A DNA stretch of 64,000 nucleotides from the human T2T-CHM13v2.0 reference genome, Homo sapiens (GCA_009914755.4 CP068257.2:28128001-28192000); one strand, 5' to 3'. Shown: positions 13,727-28,200, counted from the stretch's first letter. Translations and numbers: made by a program. Notes: generated from the sequence alone by a model not told the origin.

Positions 13727-14112
13727 TGTATTAGTCAGTTTTCATACTGCTATAAAGAACTGCCCGAGACTGGGTAATTTATAAAGGAAAGATGTTTAAT
13801 TGACTCAAGGTTCAGCATGGCTGGAGAGGCCTCAGGAAACCTACAATCATGGCGGAAGGTGAAGGGAAGCAACGCACCTTCTTTACAAGGTGGCAGGAAG
13901 GAGAATGAATGCAGAAGGAACTACCAAACACTTTTAAAACCACCAGATATTGTGAGAACTCTCTCACTGTCATGAATATAGCATAGGGGAAATTGCCTCA
14001 ATGATTCAATTACCTCCCACGAGGTCCCTCCCTCCACACATGGGATTATGAGGATTATGGGGATTGCAATTCAAGATGAGATTTTGAGTGGGGACACTGC
14101 CAAACCATATCA
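13727..14112 (-). mobile_element. Solo LTR of the ERVL-MaLR THE1/MST type in reverse orientation, about 386 bp, tgtattagtc ... ccaaaccatatca. No clear duplication.
   Basis: Reverse complement of the THE1-type termini, with internal gagactgggtaatttataaagg, tacaatcatggcggaaggtgaaggg, gattgcaattcaagatgagattttgagtggggacac. Confidence 0.7.
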
Positions 14113-14679
14113 ATGATTTACCTTTTTATTCTTTACTTTATTACATACCCTCATAAGAAACTGTAGCTGAAACCTTAACATACTTGGTCAAATACTTGGA
14201 TTGAATAAGGTGAATATTGAGTTTGTATCAACAAAACACTTCTCGTGTAATCAGCATATAATTTGAATAGCTATAAAGTTAAGATATACAATGAAAAGAT
14301 TTGTAGAAAATAGTCTCCATGAAGGCATATTGCTCAATTTTTATTTATGGAGTTGAAATTTAAGTCTACACATCTCTGTAGCACCCCAATTAAAATGAGA
14401 GAAGAAAAATGGAGAGATAGGAACTACATGTAGTTTCCAGTGTGGAACAAGTGGATGGTATTTATTAACGGTGACAAGGAGGATGATATTTTTAATATTT
14501 TAACTCCCTGTTGATAAAAGTGAAAGAGTCTAAAGTTTAGAAGGGGTTGTTAGTGATTTAGTGATGACCTAAACAAGCAAATGTGGACTTTTCAATGAAA
14601 ACCTCTTTGCAGGGGTGGTTGAGGTCATGTTAGCCAGTAATCTTTTGCCAGGGATCTTAGGTAGATATCCATTCAACAT

Positions 14680-15800
14680 GTATTTTTTTCAATACATTTT
14701 AATTGAGTGACTACTACATCTGAATTATTGTTCTGGGACTGTGCTTGAACTGTTCAGATACAGTTTTTACCCTCATAAACTCTGTCTACCGAGGATGTCA
14801 GACAATACCAGAAGAAAATAAAGGGATCAAGTATCAAGAAAGGGAAGTACAAGACTGGTCCTAAATTAGCCTAAGGAAGAAGATCTCATCCCTGACTGTA
14901 CATTAGAGTCATATTGGGAAACTTAAAAACATAAGTAACAAGAATCCAATTCTCAGGCCCCACCCTAGACCAAGTAACTCAAAATCTCTGGAGATTAATA
15001 TAAATTCTGGAGATGAGCTTGAGGTGTCAGTACTGGGTGACTCTCGTGAGGATTGGGGTTCACCTAGAGGGAAGTGGGTCAAACTTCAACCAGAACCAGA
15101 ATCACCTGAAGTACTTGCTAAAACATACACTTTAGTTACCACCCTAGAGATCCTGGTTCAATGGGTTAGGGATAGGGCTCTAGAATTTATATTAATCATT
15201 AACAAGGTCCCAGTCGTTGCTTAGGCTATTAGTCAAGGGACTGCAATTTCAGAACTACTGCTATGTGAAAACCATGAAGGCTTTCCAAGGATGTGAAAAT
15301 TTTCCCAGGACTAGAAGGATGTGTGGACAGAGAGAAAAGGTAATTGGAGAGGGTTTGGGGTATGGATAACAGCATTGAAAAGGCCCAAGTCAAGAAAGCA
15401 TTTGAAAAATTGAAAAAGGTCTAATTGTGTTTGGAGCATAGAGTGTTAAGGACATAGGTGAGGTGGCAAGCAGGGAACGAATATCTGGTGATACTGAAAA
15501 CCATATCAAGAAGTTTGTACCTCATTCTAAGGCCAATGGCAGCACGCTGAAGGACGTTAAGTACAGGGATAACACGATCTGATCCTCATTTTGGAACGTT
15601 AATGCAGGTGACTGTCGGACTAGAGGCTGTTTCAGCAGTCCTGGTGACAGAACGAACAGAAAGAAAAAAAAGAAAGAAAAACGAATCCACAGAACTTGAC
15701 GACTAATTGAGTGGCAATGGGTCAAGTGAGGGAAGAGTCAAGGATGATACCTCTAATTTAGGTTTAGAGAGCTAGAGGATGGAGCCCTTCACCATGACGC
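14680..15800 (-). mobile_element. Ancient L2 (LINE-2) 3'-region fragment, antisense, about 1.1 kb. It includes an internal imperfect inverted repeat.
   Basis: Reads as the antisense of the L2 3' tail shared with MIR (cattcaacatgtattttt..attgagtgactactacatc), followed by stretches resembling L2 3'-UTR consensus (ggccaatggcagc..., gtcaagtgagggaagagtcaaggatgatacctctaatttagg). Family assignment is from memory. Confidence 0.45.
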
Positions 15801-17180
15801 AACACAAAGAATTTGGGTCAGTGATATGCAGGCTGTGGGAACTGCAGCAGACTATCTAATGTCCTTGAACTTCAGCTTCTTCATCAATAAGAATAAAAAC
15901 GTATCTGAATCATAGGGACACTGTGAGGGTTAAATGTGGTTGTGGGTAAAAAACTTAATATAGAACCTAGCGTGCAGTTCTCCTACCTCCTGTCTTCTCA
16001 ATTTAGTATACATGTTTTGTCCCAGCTGAAGAAAAGCACAGATCTCTAAGCACACAACTTTGTGTTATGTATTTTGTGTTATATGCTCTTAATGTCTGTA
16101 AGATGAGAGAGAAAACCAAGGTGATGCTATACTGCCACCATGCTAGAACCAAAGCACAGGATAAAGCCGATTTGTTGTTTTCTCATTTTTCCAATTTTTG
16201 CAAAATAAAATTAAGATTTAATATAAGTGGTTTCTGGGAAATATTTAAAGCAAGATTCTAGCGCAGTTCCTTGCGGCGACTCAGTGCTTCCTAAGAGCAG
16301 TTTATTGTTTCGTGTGTATGCTGGGACTCCTTCATGAAAGATGTTTGATGGACAGGACTAATGTCTGCTTCATATGCTGTCTCTTATCAGAACTTTTCTC
16401 TGTGTACTTAAGCTTCAAAGGAAATTATTTGACTTAGGATGGAACAAATCCATCCAACAACCAACCATGTTTTAATAGGGTTTTACTCTACACATGCCCT
16501 ATCAAGAATGCAATCTGTTGGCCATTGCTCTGTGCTCCCCACACCAATAAAAATGTGACAAAAATTAATCTCTAGTTTTTCGGGTCAGTTACTGGTGGGT
16601 GAATAAGTTATTCTGAAACAGATATGACCTCACAGATGGAAATCCTTGACCCAGAGTCCCAACTTCAATGAAGCACTTGCTGGCTTGACCACTTCTAAGA
16701 GATCATTGGCTTCTGGTCCTTCCTGAGTTATTCCTCTAACACTCTTACTCTTAACCAGAGGGCTTTTCGAAAAAAAGGGAATTATACTAATTCAAAATGA
16801 TTTGGGAAAATATTTTAAGGTCCTCTTCCTTGAAATCTTCTATTTCGAATTGTGAGATAATGCCCCCAAGAAAATAAGTCTTCCTATTTGGTCTGAGTAC
16901 ATGGTGATCTCACAGATAGGCTACCCAGCTGAGCACAGGGCAAGCTCAGCTTAAGGATGAGTATCTGAAAAGAAACAGAAATGTTCTGTTTTTCTAATTC
17001 ATTGAGAATTACTTTTACAAAGGTGACATATTTGCTTTTAATCCCCAAAGCGACAACCATTTTTGTACTTTATCCTCAGAAAAATATGTCACATTTCTTT
17101 GACTCTGCATGAAATGCCTGTGATAAGTCAGACAGAAAAACCATTTCTTCTTTGCCATGAATAAAATATTTTGGAGGTCA

Positions 17181-17184
17181 GTGA

Positions 17185-17215
<31 letters not shown>

Positions 17216-17232
17216 CACGTGTGTGTGTGCAT
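17181..17232. repeat. (GT)n microsatellite, with a second (TG)n block at 17347-17372.
   Basis: Direct reading. Confidence 0.9.
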
Positions 17233-19083
17233 GTGTTTGGAGGCTTATGTGTGTAAGGGAGCTTATGATTTTCAGTGACATTCAAGTTTATTTCTATTAT
17301 AATTAAGACAATATAATAGAACAATAGCTTTGTTTTGCCCTTTTATGGTGTGTGTGTGTGTGTGTGTGTGTGATCCCAACTAAAGTTAATGTGTCATTTC
17401 TGACATAATTATCTTTACCACCCACAAAAAGTGGACTTTAGGTCAATTGAAGAGGTAAGTAATAAACTATATAAGGGGAGGCTTTATGGCCATGAATATA
17501 TAGTATGAGCCCAAAGGAGTATTCTCTACTCAATGTCTTCTCTCCCAAACAACTTAGGGAATCAATGGCTGAGCAACATTAGCTAGGCTCCAAAAATTCC
17601 ACTAATTTACTATGTGATAATATCGTTTTAAAGATGTGGTCTTATAAAAAGTTACATTCTCATGGAACAACTTTTGCTGGAGGTATCTAGCTGACAAAAT
17701 GTAGATAGTGAGATTGGTGAAGGCTAATTACTTATATGACTGTGACCTGCAAAATACAAGTGCAAAGAAAAAAAACCCTCATGCCTGGATTTTCTTCTTG
17801 GAACACTAAATACTATGAAATAATTAAATCTGAACTGCAGGTTGGGCACTTCTTTATTAGCTTTGTGGTCTTGGTCAAGTTATCTAACTTCTATGACCTT
17901 AAATTTACTCATCTGTAGAACGGGGCTAATTATACCTATCTCATAAATAGATACTACCTCTTAATTAGGTGGATTCAGTGAGATAGAATATGTAAATACT
18001 GTAGCTAATTGGATGCCAGCTAGTATCTACTTACTCTGAAATTAGTAAGTGTTAGTTGGAATTTCCTGAAAGGTACTTATGGGGACTATTATTTTGAACC
18101 ACGTTCCCCTTTTCAGCCATGTCCATGAGATTACAAGGAACCACTAAGATTTATATATTTTGGATTTAAGCTAAATTTACCCATCTTGGACATAGTTATC
18201 CATTATTTTGTAATAACATTATTGGAATATTTACAAAGATGGTAAAATAGAAAAATTCAGTGCATGAGACAGTTTAGGAAGGCATATATATTCTGAAAAG
18301 AAAGTGGGTGCTATCACTTGAATTATTAAAGCCAACAAGTACCCCAGAGGTTGCTTAAGATTTCATTTCACTTAGCTAGGGTAAACCTGCCTGAAGTAGC
18401 GGAGAATTTGCTAGGTATCCCTGCCTGCGACAATAGAAACAGAAGCCGTTCAATCAAAGCAAACAGGAGAACGAGCAGCTTTAGGGGAATTAGGGCAAGA
18501 ATCTCTTGTGGCTCAGCATCATTTTATCACTTGATTTCAAGCCAGCAAACTTGTTTCTGATGATTAGATATTGTTCTTAATTGCAGAAGAAGCACCTTAT
18601 GGATTTCCTGTCCATCTTTATAGTATATTTCAATATTTTGTAACTAAATCACTATTGCTTCTGCCACACCTGCTTTACATTTGACACATTGAAGGGTGAG
18701 TAAAAATGATTAGAGACAATGTTTATATGAAAGACATGTCAGGAGAGCAAGAGAGAGGATCTGCTATTCCTGGATGATTTATTTCCACCCACAACCCAAA
18801 ATTATACCAACCCCTCAACCTCAGATTATAGATATAACACATTCCCATCTGGAATAGCCAAGCAATACAAAAGAAGTATTAAGAAAAGTAAAACCCATCT
18901 AAAATCTCACTCCCAGGGGTGACATAGGTGAGCATTAAAATGCTCATTTTAATGAGTATTCTTTAAGACATCTCTTTTATGTACACACATGCACACACGT
19001 ATACACAAACCCTTTTCACAGATATATACACAAAATTTTATATAAATGGAATCATACCTATCTGTGCTTCTTTGCAACTTTAT

Positions 19084-19205
19084 ACTTCTTTGCAACATGC
19101 TCCTTCCTTTTTTCCTTTCTTTCTCCTTTCCTAAAACCTCCTTCCCTCCCACACTGCATTTCTTCCTTTCTTCCATCCCACCTTAATTCCTTCCTTCCAT
19201 TTTTT
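19084..19205. repeat. Polypyrimidine (CT-rich) tract of about 120 bp on the + strand.
   Basis: ctccttccttttttcctttctttctcctttcc...ccttccttccatttttt. Confidence 0.8.
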
Positions 19206-19511
19206 ATTTTCCAGGAACAAGGAGTTAATTATATAACTTTCATGGCCTACTATCATCATTAGCCCATGCAATATCCCTCTTTATAAATACGTACCTATGT
19301 GTATGCCATTGTATTTCCCACTCTCATTACTCTCTTCCCCACCCCAAGCTGGTGAACATTCAATGGATTTAATGTATATCTTTAAATGTCTATAGTTGTT
19401 GTATGCACTTTTAAACTTACATAAATTTTGTTGTTTTACAGATATCTTTCTGATTTTTTTTTTTCTCAGCACTATCCCTGTTCTTACATGTGCACCTAAC
19501 CTACTGTTTCT

Positions 19512-20219
<708 letters not shown>

Positions 20220-20229
20220 ACTTTTTTCG

Positions 20230-20940
20230 GTAATGTTCCCTTTCTTTGGGACATATGTCAGGAATGGAATTGCTGAGTCATGGAGAAAGTTTATATTTAA
20301 CTAAGTGCGCCAAACACTTCACAGATTCTTGATTTTTCAGAAGGGCAAGGGGTGGTCAGCACCCCCAAGATGGAGTATCATGAGGTCTAGGATTCTCTTT
20401 GGTCCACAGGCTTACTCTGATTGATTCTGTGCCTGCCTGTTACAGGCAGAGAGACAGGGGCCTGGATTACCCATTGAACCTGTTTGTCTTGTAGATTTGA
20501 ATTACTTATTTCACATAAAACGGGCAAAGATTTCCCCATGGATACTACTCAGATTTGAAACTAGTTTTTCCTAACGATGACATGGATGTCTTTCTCAGTT
20601 AATGAATATATCTAATTCATCTCCCTTTTAATAACTTCAGGGAATTTCCTTTTACTTTGCTTCATTTTATCAACCCTTCAGTATTACACACGGAGGCTTG
20701 GTTTTGGTTTTTCACTATGTAAACAATGCTGCAATGAACATCCCTACTCATGAACATTTGTATTCACTTGATCATTTTTCATCTTGGTGTAAAATCGTAG
20801 GTGTGAAATTGTTCCAGCAAAATTCATGCACATTTTAATTCTTGATGTGCAGTGTCATTTCCCTACAAAAAGACTGTACCATTATATAGCCCCCAACACA
20901 ACACATTAAAGTATCCATTTCTTCCCATTCTTGAACAATG
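20230..20940 (-). mobile_element. Two short, highly diverged antisense fragments of an ancient L1 (L1M-like) ORF2 3' region, around 20230-20340 and 20690-20940.
   Basis: Antisense L1 ORF2 signature strings ggaatggaattgctgagtcat and aatgctgcaatgaacatcc, with surrounding weak similarity. Boundaries are uncertain. Confidence 0.35.
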
Positions 20941-21786
20941 CTTAATTTATCCATCTCCAATAATCTGATATTAGATTTTTTATTTTTATTCTTTGATTTT
21001 ATTAAAGTTAAATATTTAAAATATACAGTATTTATTGACCTTCTTCCTGTAAATTTCCTGTTTTTGTCTTTTGCAAATATTTTTCTATTACAATATTTGT
21101 ATTATTGTTATTTGTAAGACCTCCATCAGGGCAAAAATAGTACCATTGATGTGGATCTCTATTTCCCATTTTCTAGTACTTAGTAGCTGCTCAATAAATG
21201 TTTGCTGAATAAACATTAATATTTTGTCTGTCATATATTTTGCAGGTTTTTTTGTTTGCTTTAAAATTTTATTTCACTGTGCATATACATATTTTGATGT
21301 AATCGACAGGTTAGTCTTTTCCCTTATGTTTCAGTTTTCCTGTATTTTTAGTTTTATTTACTCCACATATTATAAGCATATTTGGTAACTATTTTATTAT
21401 AGTCCTTATATGGTTTTATTTTTTAGCATTAAAATTTTTCAATCCATATCAAATGAACTCAGTGAGATCAGTAACATAGGGTTCTGGCTTATATTTTTCC
21501 AGCCCCTTTTATTGACTGGTTTGTTGTTTTACACATAATGCTGCATTTATCTTATACTATATTTTATGTATACTTAGGTCCATTAAAAAATTCTCTATTC
21601 ATTTCCACACATTTATTACTTAGGCTATCTTTCTTATAATTTTAACTTTATTGACTTTGAAAACATAAAACAATCACATGACTCAAAATTCTAAAGAGTC
21701 CAAAGGATACACAGAAAAACGTTTCTTTTACTATTACCATATCAATCAGCCCTATGAACAAACTGAGCCCCGACTGTTGTTTTTTT

Positions 21787-21929
21787 GCTCTTTGTTTTTT
21801 TTAGACGGAGTCTCGCTCTGTCGCCCAGGCTGGAGTGCTCAGTGGCGTGACCTTGGCTCACTGCAAGCTCTGCCTCCCGGGTTCACGCCATTCTCCTGCC
21901 TCAGCCTCCTGAGTAGCTGGGACTACAGG
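21787..21929 (-). mobile_element. 5'-truncated Alu, 3' (right-monomer) part only, about 140 bp. It is flanked by a 13-bp duplication actgttgtttttt (21773-21785 and 21930-21942).
   Basis: gacggagtctcgctctgtcgcccaggctggagtgctcagtggcgtgaccttggctcactgcaagctctgcctcccgggttcacgccattctcctgcctcagcctcctgagtagctgggactacagg. Confidence 0.8.
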
Positions 21930-23133
21930 ACTGTTGTTTTTTAAAAATAGTATATTATAGGGATTGTTACGTATCTTACCTTTTGTGAAGCTTAACAGTA
22001 AATCACACTATGTCAATATAAAAGAAGCTTTTTCAGTTGTTCCATATTTGAATAGTCTCACGTTGATGGATGTTTAAGTTTTCCTAAACTTTTGCTGTTA
22101 AAAAATACTAGAATCAATAACCTTGTACAAGCTTATTTTGTACCTTGAGTACATGTGAAGAATATTTCCTAGAAGTGTGATTACTGGGTCAAAGGGTAAA
22201 TGCGTTTGGTTTTCTGACAGATACTAATATTGACAAATCACTCTTTATAAAGGTTGTGCTAATTTTCATTTCTACCAACAAGGGATCAGAATGACAACCC
22301 TCCATCCCCCATATACATACAGTGGGTGTTGTTTGGGGTAGTATTTAATCTTTGTCTAGGTTTTTTTTTAAAAAAATATCACATTATATAACAACTTCTT
22401 TTTCTTCTTTGGTTAAATTTGGAGATTTATAAGCTCTGAGACACTTCTATTTAAAGTATGTATGACATACACAGAAAATCTCTTTGTTTTTAATAAAAGA
22501 TGTGTTTACAGAAATAAAAATAAAATTAACTATAGACTTACCATTGTTTAATTAATACTATCCCATACATCAAATGGATTATTTCTAATAATGCCTTAAA
22601 TGTTTGAAAATTCGTGAGTTTCAACTCTGAGTTCACACAAGTTAAGATACATTTTAGTTTAGTAAATTAAGGTGTAATAGAAATGAATGAATGAATTAAT
22701 AAATAAATACACTTATAAATCAGGGAGTTGCCCAAGCTGTCTGATGTTATCTCAAGGGGTATTTTGCAGCTGAAAAGCTCCATGTAGGCAAACAGAAACA
22801 TCAAGTCATAAAATAAATCCTACTCAGGAAAAATCATAATTTGACTTAGGTTTTAATAATTATTATTGAAGTTGCAGCAAAACAAAACAAACCCAGGGTG
22901 ATTAGTCAATTCACAAACAATTCAGAAATGGTTCCCTCCAATACCTAGTTTTTCTGGTGCATTTTAAAATGTGTGATTATATTTTTAAAAAGCTTTCCTC
23001 ACAAAAAATCAGAAGCATCACCATTTTATAAAAATCGTTTTATAAATACTCACTGCTACAAGAAGATATCAGCCTAATGCCATGCTTAAGTTGAACTTTG
23101 AGGATTTATTTTGACTTTTAAAAACGCTACTTC

Positions 23134-23438
<305 letters not shown>

Positions 23439-23469
23439 GCCCCCGAAAAACCCATTACTTCATTTTTGT

Positions 23470-24300
23470 TCATATACTTTTTGGTATCATACACATGGCA
23501 AAGCGCAGAAAGTGCGTGTTCCTTATGTGACAGCTTTTTGTTCCCTGGGCATAGATTCCCGTGGCTGCTGTAGCGAATGAACAGAAACTTGGTGGCTTAA
23601 TATAACAGAAACGTATTCTCTCACAGTTCTGAAGGCCAGAAGTCCAAAATTAAAGCATCCATTCCCAAGGCTTTATCCCTCTGAGAGATTGGAGAGATGC
23701 TGCCACAGTGAAAGAATGGGCTAGGGGACAAGCCTATATTGCCTCTGTCAGTTTCTGGTAGCTCCAGGCATTGCTGGACTGTGGCAGCATTACCCCAATC
23801 TCTGCCTTTGTCTTCTCCTTCCCTCTGTGTCTCTCCTCTGTGTGTTTTGGTGTTGTTGTTTTGAGACGGAGTCTCGCTCTGTCACCAGGCTGGAGTGCAG
23901 TGGCGATCTCCGCTCACTGCAACCTCTGACTCTCTGGGTTCAAGCGATTCTCTTGTCTCAGCCTCCGGAGTAGCTGGGATTACAGGCACACACCACCATG
24001 CCCAGCTACTTTTTGTATTTTTAGTAGAGATGGGGTTTCCCCATGTTGGCCAGGATGGTCTCGATCTCTTGACCCTGTGATCCGCCCGCCTCAGCCTCCC
24101 AAAGTGTTGGGAATACCCGCGTGAGCCACAGCGCCCAGCCTCAGTGTATCTTACATGGACACTAGTCATTGGATTTACAGCTTATTTGGAAAATGCAAGA
24201 TTAATGTCATCTCAAGATTTTTAGCTTAATTATATCTGCAGAAGCCCTTTTTCCAAATAAGGTCACATTCTCAGTTTCTGGGGGATTAGGATATGGACCT
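23470..24300 (+). mobile_element. ERVL/MaLR-type (MLT1-like) LTR interrupted by a later Alu insertion at 23866-24140.
   Basis: Motifs acagaaacgtattctctcacagttctgaaggccagaagtccaaaat before the Alu, and cactagtcattggatttacag, ctgcagaagccctttttccaaataaggtcacattctcag, gggattaggatatggacc after it. Family name and ends are uncertain. Confidence 0.4.
23866..24140 (-). mobile_element. Alu in reverse orientation with a short degraded tail, nested inside the MLT-like LTR.
   Basis: ttttgagacggagtctcgctctgtcaccaggctggagtgcagtggcgatctccgctcactgcaacc ... gtgagccacagcgcccagcc. Confidence 0.9.
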
Positions 24301-26356
24301 ATCTTTTTGAGGGCCACCTTCGACCCTCTACACCCCTATTCTAAATTCTATTACTGTAGTTATATTTTGCCTATCCCTGAACTTCATGTAAATGAAATCA
24401 TCCCTATATCCTTCTTGGTGTCTGTCCAGCTTCTTTCACCAGTTTGCTTTTTGTTAAAGAAATGTACACAGAAAAGTCTCTCTGGTATTGCCACAGTTAA
24501 TAAATTTCCTGTGAAACCAGAAAGTCTTGGGCAAGACATTGATGACTGTAGCACATGGAGGATAAAATCAGGAAGCTTCCTCAAAGCACTCGCCAGCCCA
24601 GCCTTCCCATTTAGGGCACCCTACAACAAAATCCTGCATTTGATCCATTTTAACTTGAGATTTCTCAGTTCTAAGAGACTCAGTATATAGGAATTAAACC
24701 TATCCCCAGTAAGCCTTCAGATAAGAGTGTCTCTGAAAGAATTCATTGATGGATAGCCTTGCTTTGAATAAGAATATCTTCACACTCACACTAAGGGTCA
24801 CTAAACCCTTTCATAGCTCTAGAGTCAGGCTTTTTCATTTATCTGAGATTCATTGTAATGCATTTGTTTCTTCCTCTTTAATGAATGGATATTGCTTCTC
24901 TCAAATTTAAATTTAGTTTCAAATACATATTTACGATGTCATTGTCTGTGCTCAAGCAGGCGATTTTAAGATGATCTGTAAGTATAACCAGGCAAATTCG
25001 CTGTTCAAATGAATCCTGCCAACATATTTCTCATTAATCCTGGGAACATGACAGGTGCATTTATTAATACAGAGGACTTAGTGTTAGAATGCCATGTCCT
25101 TTCTGACATACTAAGCCATTTTTAATTTGCTCTTATCATTTAAAGTCTCTCCTTTTCAAAGATATTAGATAACTCTACAGTGTTAAACATCATGGAGTGA
25201 TTTGGGGGCTCAAGGGAGAGCATCTTATATAAATGTTTTCCTAATTTTCAAAGGATCCAGGCACCACCCAAAATGGTAAGATTCATAGACTATCTGGAGG
25301 AGAGGGAGAGGGGAAGATAATTTTGTTTATTTAATTGATTCTCTGTAACTTTTCTCTTGGCAAGTATAGCTCACTAATGGACTTTGCACAGCACAATCAT
25401 TATTAGAAATGCCACTGTGACATTTGATTAATCCAGTCTATTTAGATTTCGAAGACAAATCATATATTTATCCTAATATAATTAATTACTATTTCCTCCT
25501 TTTGGATTTTCCAACGAACAGTATTTAGAGATATCCTTGACATTTTCATCTTTAGCCTATAGACGCACCACGATTCTTCATAGGTTAGGTCCATTCCAGT
25601 GTGATGCAACAGACATTTTTTGGTAGAACGCCAGGAACATTTATCAATCTTGCTAGTGACTTCATTTAAATTTTAATAAGTTATGCATTTCTTTGGTAAT
25701 TTCTAGTGCTGGAAATTGACAACAGGGTTTTATGGCTTCCTATTTTAGTGTCCCTCATTTTGTTCCTCGTTTATCCTGATCTCCCAAGAGAAATAACTTC
25801 TTAGGCACGGTCGAAGAATCTTTGTACGAAGTTTCTCAATTTGAGACAATATAATTACTTCTATTCATTCATTTGTTCATTTATGTAATCATTTGTTTGC
25901 TTCTTCGATAATCTAACAAACAGTTATAGGTGATAAAGATAAAAGTATAGCAGTAAATCAAAGAGACAGTCTATATCTTTCTAGAGCTCACATTTCAATG
26001 AACGGTGAAAGATGACAAAACAATTCCAAATCTATACAACATGTCAGATTGTGATAAGTCCCACAGAGTGAAATGAAGCAGGATGAGGAGCTTGGAAGGG
26101 CGAATTGTTATGAGAGTGATTGTGTTATTATACAAGGTGGTCAAGACGGGCATTGCGAAAAGACATTTGCAGATACCCAACGCCATGTGGTATCTGGGAG
26201 AAAGCATTCAGGCAGAGGATGAGCAAGCCCAGAAGTCTTTGAGCAGGAACATAGAATCCTAGAATGGAACCTAAGGAGGCCAGTGAGCACAGTTGAGATG
26301 GGATGGAAATGACTCAGAGAGTGGGTGGAAGTCAGATCACATGGTGTCTTATAGAC

Positions 26357-26868
26357 CAATGGTCCCCAGCCCTTTTGGCACCAGGGACTAGTTTTGTGGA
26401 AGATAATTTTTGCATGGACCAAGGAGAGTGGGGAATGGTTTCAGGATGATTCAAGTGCATTACATTTATTGTGCACTTTATTTCTATTATTATTACGTTG
26501 TAATATATCATGAAATAATTACGCAGCTTACCATAATGCAGAAATCAGTGAAAGCCTTGAGCTTGTTTTCCTGCAACTAGACAGTCTCATCTGGGGGTGA
26601 TGGGAGACAGTGACAGATCATCAGGCAGTAGATTCTTACAGGAGCCTGTAGCCTAGATCCCTCACATGCACAATTCATAATAGGGTTCACACTCTTATGA
26701 GAATCTAATCCCGCTGCTGATCTAACAGGAGGCAGAGCTCAGGTGGTAATGTGAGAATGGGGAGTGGCTGTAATACAGATGAAGTTTCACTCACTCACTC
26801 ACGGCTCCCCTGCTGGTGTGTGGCCCAGTTCCTAACAGGCCACATGGCCCATTGGTTGGGGACCTCTG
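26357..26868 (+). mobile_element. Second MER30-like hAT DNA transposon, a longer ~510-bp variant with extra internal sequence. It has terminal inverted repeats and a 7/8-matching 8-bp duplication ttatagac (26349-26356) / ttacagac (26869-26876).
   Basis: caatggtccccagcccttttggcaccagggac ... ccagttcctaacaggccacatggcccattggttggggacctctg. The 8-bp duplication is typical of the hAT superfamily. Confidence 0.65.
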
Positions 26869-27889
26869 TTACAGACCACTGAAAATAATGGGTTTACTTC
26901 AAATGAACTGGAAAGCCATTGGAAGTGGCTATGTTAAACCTTACCTGAGACCTGTGCTCCTTAATATCAGCAATGATGAAAGAAATCCCTGTACTCTTTG
27001 TCTTATTAGAAATGGCTTACTGCAAGAACCACCCTTCCCCATATGACTTAGATAAGGGTTGGGAATGACTTCCTTGTTTACCTAGGGCAAGGCCAGATGC
27101 AGACCTTCCAAATTCCCATTCTTTGTCTCATACACGATTAGCTGAACTATTGGTCCCCACTGACCAATCAGAACAAAATGCTTGTTAATTTGACTTAACC
27201 AAACTTCAATTAAGTTTCACTCTTCACCACAGGACCCTGAAATTGACTCACTTCTTAGGTTAAGCAAGTATTGGAGTCATAATAATCCCTCCTGAAAATC
27301 ATCTACAAAGAAAGATGTCTCCTGTTTAACTGTCCGATCAAGCCATCTGCTCTCCCCACTCCCCCATACCTGGCTCCTTCCAGGTTGGCTTACTCCTTTC
27401 TGTAAAAGAAAAGCTCTTTTCTGCCTGACCTTTGAATTGCTTTCATACCTCACGGAGTAAGCATTTTCCCTATTGCAATAGTACCCCTTCCCTTATCGCA
27501 GTAACCCTGTTATTGCAAAAGTCCTTTCAAATAAAGTCTCTATTTTCTTAAGTCCAGATTTGTTTTTTATTTGCTACAGGTTTTGAATGTAGGAGAGATA
27601 TGGATAATGGAGTTTATGAATAAAGGCTTTGGGTTGATTGCTGCATGGAGAAAAGCAGTAGAAACCTGTAGAGAAACAAGAAAGGTAATGGGGAAACCAG
27701 TGTTTATTTCCGTGTTGTGAACTTTAAAAGGGTATTTGTAAAATGCCTATAAAGTTTTAGTAAGAATTGATCATGCCCATAAGCTGTATTCAATGCTCAC
27801 AAATCAAATCTTTGTGAAGCTCATGAATAAATGAAGGTTGCTAGAGGGAAAGTTAAACTGAGTGACATGTTCACGTAAGTCTCCTTTAA

Positions 27890-28200
<311 letters not shown>

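Noticed and set aside
14993-15197. Inverted repeat ~20 bp (ggagattaatataaattctggag / ctctagaatttatattaatc) with arms about 165 bp apart. It is possibly MITE-like.
   Set aside because: It lies inside a region I assign to an ancient L2 3'-UTR fragment, and neighbouring motifs look like known palindromic repeat-consensus segments. The inverted repeat is most likely intrinsic to that repeat, or coincidental AT-rich symmetry.
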